Positions 34,721-43,035 of a DNA stretch of 64,000 nucleotides are shown here, piece by piece. The stretch is from Oscillospiraceae bacterium (GTDB lineage: Bacteria; Bacillota; Clostridia; Oscillospirales; CAG-272). The stretch is taken from positions 6,975 to 70,974 of the forward strand of contig SVSN01000006.1 of NCBI GenBank assembly GCA_015064285.1, in the 5' to 3' direction. The notes beneath the pieces are model-generated. The model ran no database searches, had not been told where the DNA came from, and saw only the letters and a list, made by a program, of their open reading frames with translations. The position numbers and the translations under genes were made by a program. How positions within the stretch are numbered: position 1 is the first letter of the stretch; each line of letters begins with the position of its first letter.

Positions 34721-36988
34721 CTTCTCCCACACCGTTCCCCGCATACGGTAGGCGGCGGCTTTAACGTCACGCAGACGGGGAAGATCCAGAAAACGGGCAC
34801 AGTCGGTGAAGAAGCTGGAGAATACCGCTTCCACGCCTTCGGTTGCCATCTGGCAGTACAGAGCAGTAAGGGCACTGTCCAGATCCACCGTTTCCGTTTT
34901 CTTTCTGATCATCAGGGCACGAAGGATGAATGCCGCGCCGTTCTGCTGGCCGGTAGTTTTCAGGCCGCTGATGTCCCGGATGTCAATCACTTCATCCCCG
35001 ATCCGGATCACTCCCAGCTCATCCACTGACAGCCGTTCCGTGCCGCTTCTTGCCGGGTAGGAAGAAAAACCTTCCCCGGACAGCACACGACTCTGCCGCC
35101 ACAAGCCCGGGTCTTCTTTGGTTTCCATACCATCCGGCGGCACATTCCCCATGTTTTCTTTCCAGACAGTTCCCGCTTCCTCCGTGGCGTCGGAAATCCG
35201 GAAGTCATCCATACGGTACACCCGGTCGGCCACGCCCAGATATTCACCGCTGCCGCCGATCACCAGAATGGACGACACCCCTGCCTCAGAAAGTTCCCTG
35301 ACCCTGTCGGTATATGGCGTGATGGGTTCGTGACGGATCAGGGCTTTCATCATCCGGTCACGGATCATAAAGTTGGTGGCAGACCGGTCTTCGTCAATCA
35401 GCAGCAGCTTCGCTCCGTCATGCACCGATTCCAGAATGTTGGCCGCCTGGGAGGTAGAGCCGGAAGCATGCTCCGTGGAAAAATCAGCCGGATCGCCGCC
35501 GGGAATCCACCGGATAAAGGGAGAGATATTAGCCCTTTTCACGCACCGTCCGTCCTCTGCCGCAATCTCCATGGCCGTTTCATCGGTGAGCACCAGTTCC
35601 CTGCCGTCCCCCCGGACATGGTTGTAAATCCCGGCGGCAATGGCATCCAGCAGGGTGGATTTTCCGGAGTAGCCGCCCCCGGTGATCACCGTCACCCCCC
35701 GGCGGATACCCATACCCTTCACCCCGGCCACTTCAATCTCGTCCGCCGGAACCGAGGTAAACGGAACCGCCGAAAGCAGCGGCCCGCCCAGATTGTTCCG
35801 GGGCAGAATACTGCCGTTGGCCAGAAACACACAATACCCGCTGTCCTTCAGGAACGTCCGGATCTGCTCCTGTTTTGCGGTCAGTTCCAGTGTTTTTTCC
35901 AGTTCCGCCGGGTCAAAATCCGCAATAAACCGTTCTATGGCATCCGGTAGGTCGGTGCAGAGCATTCTGATGGCTTTCTTCAGCTTCCCGGCAGGCAGCT
36001 GCACCTGGATCCGGATGCACAGGCAGGGACGGGGCGGTGTCAGCTTTTCATCCGGCAGCTGCAGTACCCTGCATCCGCTGATGTTTTCATAGTATTTGGT
36101 CGCGCACCGGGCAAAATACGCACTGTTCCGGGGCAGTACCGATGCGTCCGGGCGGTGGACATAATAGAATCCGTTTTCCTCCACGGGACGGCTCCGGTTG
36201 TCCAGCTCCGCATTCAGCGGATCAAAGTATCGGGCAATCCGGCGCAGGCAGTAGTCCGCGGCAGCCGTGGTATAGGGATTGGTGTACACATAGTTCACCG
36301 GCAGCTCCTCTGTGCCGTCATGCAGCTTTCCCGACAGCTCCGGCGGCAGGAATCTTGTCTCCGGAATCCCTACCACCACGGAGGGACAGCCCTTGTGCAT
36401 TTTGTCCGGCTCCTCCAGGGTATAGGAAATGTCGTCCTTCCAATAAGTAGAATCCTGTTCCCATTCCGGTTCCCGGGGAAGTGCTTCCGGATCCTCCGGC
36501 GGCAGGTACATATACAGCATCTTCCCGGCGTACACCGAAATGTTTCTGGGCGGCGAAGCTTCCCTGTCCTTATACTGATAAGTAGTCGTGTTTTCTTCCA
36601 TCTGCAGGAAGTACCATTTCAATCGTTTCAAATAGAAATTCTCCTTTGTGTCCTTGTACAGTCTGTCGAAGGGGATGGAAATCCGGATGTCCAGCCTCTG
36701 CGGCGCATTCCGGCTGCTGGGGGAGATCTCGTAGGACACATCGTCCTGCCAGTAGACCGGTTCCCAGTCGGTGTATTTTTCGTCCGTTGCCGGATCGTAT
36801 ACCTGCAGTACCCCATTGTACATCCGGGCGTAGCTGCAGTTGTCCCCTTTCAGAATCGCAAATAATCTTCTCGTAAAGGCTTCCTCCTTATGCTTCTCTC
36901 GTGCTGGTTCTGTGTCCCCGGCCGTTTCACGGCAGCAAAAAACACACCCGTGCCGCTTCTGTCCGTTGGTATCGGGCATGGGCGGCAT
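34718..36988 (-). CDS. ABC_ATPase (PF09818-like) P-loop protein with expanded N-terminal region
   Basis: It has the ITGGGYSGKSTLLDAIAAGIYNH P-loop and LLLIDEDRSATNFM. The N-terminal ~190 aa contain an internal duplication. The start is uncertain: ATG 36988 and 36979 lack an SD. Confidence 0.75.
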   Translation of the reverse strand: MPPMPDTNGQKRHGCVFCCRETAGDTEPAREKHKEEAFTRRLFAILKGDNCSYARMYNGVLQVYDPATDEKYTDWEPVYWQDDVSYEISPSSRNAPQRLDIRISIPFDRLYKDTKENFYLKRLKWYFLQMEENTTTYQYKDREASPPRNISVYAGKMLYMYLPPEDPEALPREPEWEQDSTYWKDDISYTLEEPDKMHKGCPSVVVGIPETRFLPPELSGKLHDGTEELPVNYVYTNPYTTAAADYCLRRIARYFDPLNAELDNRSRPVEENGFYYVHRPDASVLPRNSAYFARCATKYYENISGCRVLQLPDEKLTPPRPCLCIRIQVQLPAGKLKKAIRMLCTDLPDAIERFIADFDPAELEKTLELTAKQEQIRTFLKDSGYCVFLANGSILPRNNLGGPLLSAVPFTSVPADEIEVAGVKGMGIRRGVTVITGGGYSGKSTLLDAIAAGIYNHVRGDGRELVLTDETAMEIAAEDGRCVKRANISPFIRWIPGGDPADFSTEHASGSTSQAANILESVHDGAKLLLIDEDRSATNFMIRDRMMKALIRHEPITPYTDRVRELSEAGVSSILVIGGSGEYLGVADRVYRMDDFRISDATEEAGTVWKENMGNVPPDGMETKEDPGLWRQSRVLSGEGFSSYPARSGTERLSVDELGVIRIGDEVIDIRDISGLKTTGQQNGAAFILRALMIRKKTETVDLDSALTALYCQMATEGVEAVFSSFFTDCARFLDLPRLRDVKAAAYRMRGTVWEK

Positions 36989-37038
36989 ACCGGGTGTGCC
37001 TGTGGGAGAAAAAACACACCCGGGGTTCGGATGTGTGT
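36942..37038 (-). promoter_or_regulatory. candidate transcription attenuator: two terminator-shaped hairpins with shared 3' half CGGGTGTGT+U5 and competing alternative pairings
   Basis: B ACACACATCCG (37038-37028) pairs with C CGGGTGTGT (37022-14) followed by U5. D CACACCCGG (36998-90) pairs with E CGGGTGTGT (36950-42) followed by U5. C can also pair with D, and B with segment A inside the sORF. Confidence 0.5.
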
Positions 37039-37062
37039 CAGATTCTTATGAAGTAATCCTGT

Positions 37063-37122
37063 TTAAGCTGCAGTTACGGCGCAGGCGACACAGATATCCG
37101 AAAACATATTACCGTTTTTCAT
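37063..37122 (-). CDS. 19-codon sORF (MKNGNMFSDICVACAVTAA), candidate leader peptide or small peptide gene
   Basis: GGAGG lies 9 nt before ATG 37122 and the TAA is at 37065-37063. It has its own consensus promoter upstream and a terminator downstream. Confidence 0.45.
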   Translation of the reverse strand: MKNGNMFSDICVACAVTAA

Positions 37123-37179
37123 AATCATTCGCCTCCGTTTCCTTTGAAATGGGTTTCCCGGATCCCTCCGGGTGATTTT

Positions 37180-37208
37180 ATCATATCACACACTATGGCA
37201 TATGTCAA
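37180..37208 (-). promoter_or_regulatory. sigma-A type promoter of the sORF/ATPase unit
   Basis: Minus strand has TTGACA (37208-03), 17 nt, TATGAT (37185-80). Confidence 0.55.
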
Positions 37209-37226
37209 GGTGTTTTCAAAAATTTC

Positions 37227-38033
37227 TCAGAACACCGGAAAAACCAGTCTGCCTGCTTCATCCGCATGAGGTTCCAGCAGCCGGATATGGCGGTATGCCG
37301 GAAATCTTGCCAGACAATTCCGCAGGATACAGAAAAGTACCTTCTGCATTCCCGGTTCTTCGCCTGTTTTCACTATGCTGCTTTTCTCCCGGAGAAATAA
37401 GAGCATCTGCTGCCGGTATCTTTCGATTTCCGGCAGGGCAACCGTCTCCGGCAGTTCCGACAGACAGAGATAAAAATACCACATGGTCTGCCATGGCCGT
37501 TTTTTCTCTCCGTAATGCCGGTGAAATACGCCGATTCTGTCCCGCAGCCAACCAATGTTCTCCGGACATACCGTTCCCAGATACCGCAGGGCAATCAGGT
37601 TTGTATCAAAGCATTCGCCCATGCCGTCATCTTCATTTGCAAAGCAGGTGTGCCGCAGCCGCGCTACAGTCTTGTCATTCATATCCTGCACATCCGGGTG
37701 TTCCGGCACAAGCAGCGTCAGCAGCCGCAGGATTTCCAGTTCATATCCGTTGGCGGACAAAATATGGGTAGCCGGCAGCTGGCCGAGAATGGTACGGTAT
37801 TTCTCTCCGCCATGATAAGGGGGAATCATATACTCAGGGTACAGCCGCCTTCCTCCGGTATCCCGGTTCCCCGGAAATCGAACAGCGGAATAAAACCGTG
37901 CGGCAGTCTCTCTGGATGACCGTGCGGAGAGCAGCAAGGACACCAGTTTTTCCCGCTCCGCTGCCGGAATAAAAGCCGTCCCCCTGCAGAGTATCCGGTA
38001 ATTGGTCTGCACCATCGCTTCGTACGGTGTCAT
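37227..38033 (-). CDS. hypothetical alpha-helical protein (268 aa)
   Basis: Its start overlaps the upstream stop by 4 nt (ATGA). Codon usage resembles the neighbours. No recognised domain. Confidence 0.7.
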   Translation of the reverse strand: MTPYEAMVQTNYRILCRGTAFIPAAEREKLVSLLLSARSSRETAARFYSAVRFPGNRDTGGRRLYPEYMIPPYHGGEKYRTILGQLPATHILSANGYELEILRLLTLLVPEHPDVQDMNDKTVARLRHTCFANEDDGMGECFDTNLIALRYLGTVCPENIGWLRDRIGVFHRHYGEKKRPWQTMWYFYLCLSELPETVALPEIERYRQQMLLFLREKSSIVKTGEEPGMQKVLFCILRNCLARFPAYRHIRLLEPHADEAGRLVFPVF

Positions 38034-38974
38034 GGGTTTTCTCCTGCCGCCAGTCTGCGCACCGCATTTTCATTTGCCGCCAGCGCGCCGTCCGTTTCCA
38101 CCGAAAGCCTGCGCAGGTTTTCCATCACATGATCCAGTTCCTTGTCCAGCTCCTGCACTTTCCATCGTGCGCCTCTTATTCTGTCAAGCACAGCAAAATC
38201 CACAAAAATCCCGTCCCAGAAGAAGTCCGCAAACCGGGTGAATTCGTCAATCTCCACCTGTACATCCGCATACACCGCCACATCCGCCAGTTCGGCGTGA
38301 AATTCGCTGAGCAGCTTTTGCAGAGACTGGCTCATGCTGCCCGCTTTGTCCAGATGGTCGTATTTCGCGATATCCGCAAGAAGTCCGCCGCCGCCCCAGG
38401 CATCCCATCTGCCCAGATTTTCCGCATCACCAAGTTCTCTGTCGATCTGTGCCGCCAGTGCTTTCACCCGTTTTCCGGCGGTACAGGCTTCGTCCACTTC
38501 TCTTTTCCGCGCTCTGATCCCTTCCGCTTCCTTTTCCAGCCTGGCCAATTCTTCCGCCGCAGGGCCTGCCTGTGCCCGGATCTGCTGTTCTCTTTCCTCC
38601 AGACACTGTTCGTATTCCCGCTTGGCTTTTTTCAGTTCCCGCAGCTGTAGGGTAATCTCCTGGGTCTGCAGGCCGATTTCCGTCAGCCGGTTCTGTGCGT
38701 CCTCATATTTCGCCAGAGCCGCCGCCGCTTCCGCCTGTTCTCTTGTCAGTCTGTCCTGAAAAGTATTTTTCTGCAGTCTGGCCAGAAAGCCCTTCAGCGT
38801 CCGGCCGGTCAACTCCTCCACATCCCCCTGCTCTTCCGCCGCCTGCCGGGCATATATCTCCATACCGGTCTGCAGTTCTCTTTCTTCCTTCTGCAGAAGC
38901 CGCAGCTTCGCTTCCAGCTTATGCTTCTGATGCAGTTTTGCCTCCAGCTCCTGCAGTCTCTCCCTGTTCTCCAT
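38030..38974 (-). CDS. hypothetical coiled-coil protein (314 aa)
   Basis: Trimmed to ATG 38974, 5 nt after GGGAGG. It has about 190 aa of heptad-like E/K/L/Q/R-rich sequence, then WDAWGGGGLLADIAKYDHLDKA and a helical C-terminus. Confidence 0.7.
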   Translation of the reverse strand: MENRERLQELEAKLHQKHKLEAKLRLLQKEERELQTGMEIYARQAAEEQGDVEELTGRTLKGFLARLQKNTFQDRLTREQAEAAAALAKYEDAQNRLTEIGLQTQEITLQLRELKKAKREYEQCLEEREQQIRAQAGPAAEELARLEKEAEGIRARKREVDEACTAGKRVKALAAQIDRELGDAENLGRWDAWGGGGLLADIAKYDHLDKAGSMSQSLQKLLSEFHAELADVAVYADVQVEIDEFTRFADFFWDGIFVDFAVLDRIRGARWKVQELDKELDHVMENLRRLSVETDGALAANENAVRRLAAGENP

Positions 38975-39002
38975 ATAATCCTCCCATCTTTTATTTGACA
39001 GC

Positions 39003-39031
39003 AGTATACCACATTTCCCCTGCATTGTCAA
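39003..39031 (-). promoter_or_regulatory. sigma-A type promoter of the coiled-coil operon
   Basis: Minus strand has TTGACA (39031-26), 17 nt, TATACT (39008-03). Confidence 0.55.
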
Positions 39032-39107
39032 CAGGACACCGAAAATTTGTTCCGTACTCATACCAAAAAAGAACGACCCACCATCATCGGCAGGCCGCCC
39101 CTTTTCA

Positions 39108-39139
39108 TATACTTCTTATCTCTTGCATCTTATCTCTTA
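39108..39139 (-). repeat. heptad TAAGARR array, single arm (site C)
   Basis: Minus strand reads TAAGAGATAAGATGCAAGAGATAAGAAGTATA, starting with the SBP gene's stop codon. Confidence 0.6.
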
Positions 39140-40594
39140 TTTTTCTTCCAGTGCCTTGAACAGTTCGATAACATCATTGATGTTCTTTGCCTGTGTCTTG
39201 GTTTGGGATGCGTAAAAGGATGCCCATTCCTTCACATTGCCTCTGGCCAGAAAGTCCAGCGTGTAGGTAAAGCCCCACTTATCATAGATTTCCGCAAAGT
39301 CAGCGGTACGTCCCTGCACCACGATATCGATCATTTCATAAGATGCTTCGTCACGGGTATACTTGGATTTCAGCGCCACTTCATAAACGGCGGGACGGAT
39401 CTGCTTATACCCTTCTGCTGCCATAGCCTCCAGAATCAGAGATGCATACTGCAGACCTTCTTCATTCTTCACAATCGGAATCCCCACCGCAGAGGTATGT
39501 GCAGTAGCGTGGGTATAATGCTCATCCTGGGTTTCATCCAGTTTGACAACGGGCAGAATCCCGAAATCCTGTTCCATATCCCGGAAGGTGCTGGAAGATG
39601 CCTTCAGGCTGTTCATCTGGAACAGTACTCTGCCTTCCTTGAAAGCTTCGGAAGCAGGTGTACCGGTTTCATCCATAATGATGTAGTCGTTGTCAAAGTA
39701 AAAGCTCTTGAGCGTATCAAAAATGGCTACCATCCGTTCGGTATTGATAGCTTCCACAGGATACCCGTCGGCATCACGGCTGGTGACCGGCTGGTTCCAG
39801 GCAAACTGGTACACAAATCCAAATCCGCAGGCCTGTCCGTAGCCAAACTGATCCTTAGTGAAATCCATGGCACCATCGCCGTCCAGATCCGTACCGGCAA
39901 TGGAGCAGAGCTCCTTCATTTTGTCAATGGTCCACTTGCCTTCCTTGACCACAGAATACAGATCATCATCTCCGGTCAGGTCGATCAGCAGCTCCTTGTT
40001 GAAGTAAATGCATACATTGTCATAGTAATTGTCCAGATCATACATCCCTACGATCACATAGGCGCGTCCGCCGATGGAATAGGCTTCGTTTACCTTCTGA
40101 TACCACCAGGGCTTGGCAAAATCGATGTATCCGGCTGTAGAAATATCCGCCAGGTACCCGGCAGCGGCAGAGTCACCCAGATGCTTGTAATGCCATATGG
40201 CAACCTCGCACATATCGTCCCCGGCCTGTACGGCATTGTTCAGATCGGTAGCCTCTGCATCCGGTGCCAGGAACGGTTCGGAAAACTTCACATTGAACCG
40301 TTCTTCAATGGTAAGGTTCCGTTCGTACACAGCATCGGATACCACATCCCCTGTCTGTTCAGCCATATACACACCGTCAGCATGGCTGACACAACAGTTT
40401 CTGGTATAAATCCTGTAGTCTGCACCGCCGTAATCCATATCCGGCAGGTTATCCGGAATCTCGGTTTCAGCCGGTTCCGTTTCTGCCGCTGCAGTATCAG
40501 CCGCCAGAGTTTCTGTTTCCGCAGAAGTGTCCGAGCAGCCGGCAAGGGCAGACGCGATCATCAGAAGTGCCATTAGAAAAGACAGTTTTTTCAT
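39137..40594 (-). CDS. extracellular solute-binding lipoprotein, paralogue 2
   Basis: GGAGGAA precedes the ATG. It has lipobox ALAGCS and shares sequence blocks with the SBPs at 31201 and 60995. Confidence 0.85.
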   Translation of the reverse strand: MKKLSFLMALLMIASALAGCSDTSAETETLAADTAAAETEPAETEIPDNLPDMDYGGADYRIYTRNCCVSHADGVYMAEQTGDVVSDAVYERNLTIEERFNVKFSEPFLAPDAEATDLNNAVQAGDDMCEVAIWHYKHLGDSAAAGYLADISTAGYIDFAKPWWYQKVNEAYSIGGRAYVIVGMYDLDNYYDNVCIYFNKELLIDLTGDDDLYSVVKEGKWTIDKMKELCSIAGTDLDGDGAMDFTKDQFGYGQACGFGFVYQFAWNQPVTSRDADGYPVEAINTERMVAIFDTLKSFYFDNDYIIMDETGTPASEAFKEGRVLFQMNSLKASSSTFRDMEQDFGILPVVKLDETQDEHYTHATAHTSAVGIPIVKNEEGLQYASLILEAMAAEGYKQIRPAVYEVALKSKYTRDEASYEMIDIVVQGRTADFAEIYDKWGFTYTLDFLARGNVKEWASFYASQTKTQAKNINDVIELFKALEEK

Positions 40595-40640
40595 ACGTTC
40601 CTCCTCTGTATTTGCTGTTTATACTTACTGGATTATATGT

Positions 40641-40669
40641 ATTGTAGCACAAACAGCATCATAATGCAA
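40641..40669 (-). promoter_or_regulatory. sigma-A type promoter of SBP paralogue 2
   Basis: Minus strand has TTGCAT, 17 nt, TACAAT. Confidence 0.5.
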
Positions 40670-40848
40670 GAACCTTTCGGTTAAAATGGTTATACAGTCA
40701 ATTTTTCAGACCGTTTATTTATTGTGCCGTAGAACCGCAGGGTTACGGTTTCGCTGCCCGGTATATTACCCATTTTGATATGCAGAAAAATTTTACAAAG
40801 TATTTCCCGTTTTGGCACAGGCAGGTCACAACCTGGCCGCCGCAATGA

Positions 40849-40877
40849 TTGACAAATCAAAGGATATTTGGTATAAT
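40849..40877 (+). promoter_or_regulatory. sigma-A type promoter of the GNAT gene
   Basis: TTGACA 40849-54, 17 nt, TATAAT 40872-77. Confidence 0.6.
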
Positions 40878-40934
40878 AAAGACAGTTCCGGGCGGAATAT
40901 CCGCCGATGTCCGATTCCAAAGGAGGCTGTCGTC

Positions 40935-41438
40935 ATGTCCATCAAAATTGTTCAGCTGACCCAGAATCAGCTTCTTGGCTATCTCAGCGTAATCCGTCAG
41001 AGCTTTCATACCGTAGCGGAAACCTACGGCCTGCCGGAAGAAAACTGCGTTGCCAGCGGCTCATTTATCAAAATGGATCAGCTGATGGGAGATTTCCGTC
41101 GCGGCGTCAAGCTGTTCGGCTGTCTTTGTGATGGAACCTCTGCCGGATATATGCAGCTGGAAATGACCGAACCCGGGAAATACACGCTGGACAAGGTCGC
41201 CGTTCTGCCGGAATACAGAGGACAGGGACTGGGTATACAGATGCTGGAATATGCCACACGATATGCAGTCAAGCACGGCGGGCTGACCCTGACCGTATCC
41301 GTATTTGCCGCCGATGAGAGCCTGATCGAATGGTACCGCCGCCATGGTTTTGTCCTGCGGGATACCGTAACCAAACCGGGACTGCCTCTGGAAGTAGCCC
41401 GGCTGGAAAAAGATCTGCGCGGACTGGAAGTGGACTGA
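40935..41438 (+). CDS. GNAT family N-acetyltransferase
   Basis: Trimmed to ATG 40935 behind AGGAGG. It has the VLPEYRGQGLGIQML acetyl-CoA loop. Confidence 0.85.
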   Translation: MSIKIVQLTQNQLLGYLSVIRQSFHTVAETYGLPEENCVASGSFIKMDQLMGDFRRGVKLFGCLCDGTSAGYMQLEMTEPGKYTLDKVAVLPEYRGQGLGIQMLEYATRYAVKHGGLTLTVSVFAADESLIEWYRRHGFVLRDTVTKPGLPLEVARLEKDLRGLEVD

Positions 41439-41457
41439 TTCAGTCCATAGAAAACGC

Positions 41458-41486
41458 AATCCTGCTTCGGCGGGATTTTTCTTTTC
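41458..41486 (+). terminator. intrinsic terminator after the GNAT gene
   Basis: AATCCTGC-ttcg-GCGGGATT followed by a T-rich run. Confidence 0.65.
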
Positions 41487-41504
41487 CCGGACACTGCTGC
41501 ATAC

Positions 41505-41543
41505 AAAAAACAGACCTGCCATTTGGCAAGTCTGTTTTCTTTT
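41505..41543. terminator. bidirectional terminator (serves the transporter gene on the minus strand)
   Basis: AAAAAA CAGACCTGCC-attt-GGCAAGTCTG TTTTCTTTT, a 10-bp stem with one mismatch. Confidence 0.65.
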
Positions 41544-41551
41544 CGGAAATG

Positions 41552-42907
41552 TCAGATTTTCATGATACCCAGTACATCCAGGATGGAGGAAACCAGAATC
41601 AGCACGATACAGATAGGCGCTACATACTTGATAACCACCACAAAGAGCTTTTCAGACTTGAACTTCCCGGTCAGAGAAATTTCGTCGATCAGGGTCTTGG
41701 GCTTGATGAAATATCCCACAAACACACAGGTCAGGAATGCTACAACCGGCATCATCACACTGTTGGAAATAAAGTCGAAGAAATCCAGGAAAGGCATGCC
41801 CAGAAGCAGGATATGGGACCATACACCGTTGCCCAGAGAAGAAGGAATGCCCATCAGCAGGCAGTAAACGAATACCACCACGCAGGTGACCTTCCGGTTC
41901 CAGTGGAATTTATCCTGAAAGAAGGACACCACGGTTTCCATCAGAGAAATGGAAGAAGTCAGCGCCGCAAACAGCACCAGCAGGAAGAAGAGAGCACCGA
42001 TAACCGTACCGCCCTTCATGCTGTCAAATACCTTGGGCAGGGTGATGAACATCAGGCCGGGGCCTTTGCCCAGTGCCGCTTCATCCCCGCCGGAGAAGGC
42101 AAATACAGAGGGAATCACCATGAGTCCTGCCAGGAAGGCAATACCGGTATCAAAAACTTCAATATGGTGTACAGACTGTTCCAGATCCACATCCTTCTTC
42201 ATGTAGGAACCGTAGGTAATCATGATACCCATGGCAAGAGACATGGAATAGAACAGCTGCCCCATGGCCGCCAGAATGGTAGTAGCGGAAAAATGGGAGA
42301 AATCGGGAATCAGGTAATACTTCACGCCTTCCAGTGCACCGGGCAGGAACATGGAATATACAGCGATCACCAGTGCCAGCACCACCAGCACCGGCATCAT
42401 AATCTTGGAAACCTTTTCGATCCCCTTGTCCACCCCCAGCAGCACAACGACTGCTGTCAGTGCCATAAACACGAAGAACCATACCAGCGGTTCTCCCACA
42501 CCGGAGATAAACCCACCGAAATAGTCATCGCCGGCTGCGGTATGTGCATCTCCGGACAGGTATACTGCCAGATACTTGGTAACCCAGCCGCCGATTACAG
42601 AATAATACGGCAGAATGATCATGGGAACCAGCGCCGCCAGATAGCCTACCCAGGCAAAACGTTTGTCAAGGGCTTTGAATGCACCTATAACCGACAGACC
42701 GGTCTTCCGGCCCAATGCGATTTCCGCCGACATCAGCGCAAAACCGAATGTCAGTGCCAGAATCAGATATACCAGCAGGAAAATCCCGCCGCCGTACTTT
42801 GCCGCCAGATAGGGGAAACGCCAGATGTTTCCCAGACCCACGGCAGAACCGGCAGCCGCCAGGATGAACCCCAGCTTACCGGTAAAGGAACTGCGTTTTT
42901 CGTTCAT
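41552..42907 (-). CDS. sodium-dependent transporter (neurotransmitter:sodium symporter / SNF family)
   Basis: GLGNIWRFPYLAAKYGGG signature and about 11-12 TM helices. Confidence 0.9.
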   Translation of the reverse strand: MNEKRSSFTGKLGFILAAAGSAVGLGNIWRFPYLAAKYGGGIFLLVYLILALTFGFALMSAEIALGRKTGLSVIGAFKALDKRFAWVGYLAALVPMIILPYYSVIGGWVTKYLAVYLSGDAHTAAGDDYFGGFISGVGEPLVWFFVFMALTAVVVLLGVDKGIEKVSKIMMPVLVVLALVIAVYSMFLPGALEGVKYYLIPDFSHFSATTILAAMGQLFYSMSLAMGIMITYGSYMKKDVDLEQSVHHIEVFDTGIAFLAGLMVIPSVFAFSGGDEAALGKGPGLMFITLPKVFDSMKGGTVIGALFFLLVLFAALTSSISLMETVVSFFQDKFHWNRKVTCVVVFVYCLLMGIPSSLGNGVWSHILLLGMPFLDFFDFISNSVMMPVVAFLTCVFVGYFIKPKTLIDEISLTGKFKSEKLFVVVIKYVAPICIVLILVSSILDVLGIMKI

Positions 42908-42950
42908 GTTGTTTTCTCCGGATCAGAATGAATTAAAATATGCTTCTTAT

Positions 42951-42979
42951 AGTATACCATAAATCGCCTCTGTTTGCAA
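42951..42979 (-). promoter_or_regulatory. sigma-A type promoter of the SNF transporter gene
   Basis: Minus strand has TTGCAA, 17 nt, TGgTATACT (extended -10). Confidence 0.5.
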
Positions 42980-43035
42980 TGAAGAAAACAGAATTCATGA
43001 AAATAAATGCTGTTTTTCATGAACACGCAGTCTGT

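Noticed and set aside
36880-36900. In-frame AAGGAGG inside the PF09818 ORF as the true ribosome-binding site.
   Set aside because: No ATG, GTG or TTG lies in frame within 5-12 nt downstream; only ACG at 8 nt and ATT at 26 nt. It is kept as a caveat on the start call rather than a re-annotation.
36840-37124. 94-aa plus-strand ORF across the sORF/attenuator region.
   Set aside because: It is antisense to a region with a complete minus-strand promoter, SD, sORF and terminator set. It has no SD, and its translation is low complexity.
40690-40920. 76-aa minus-strand ORF in the SBP2/GNAT intergenic region.
   Set aside because: It lacks an SD, overlaps two opposing consensus promoters, and has atypical codon usage.
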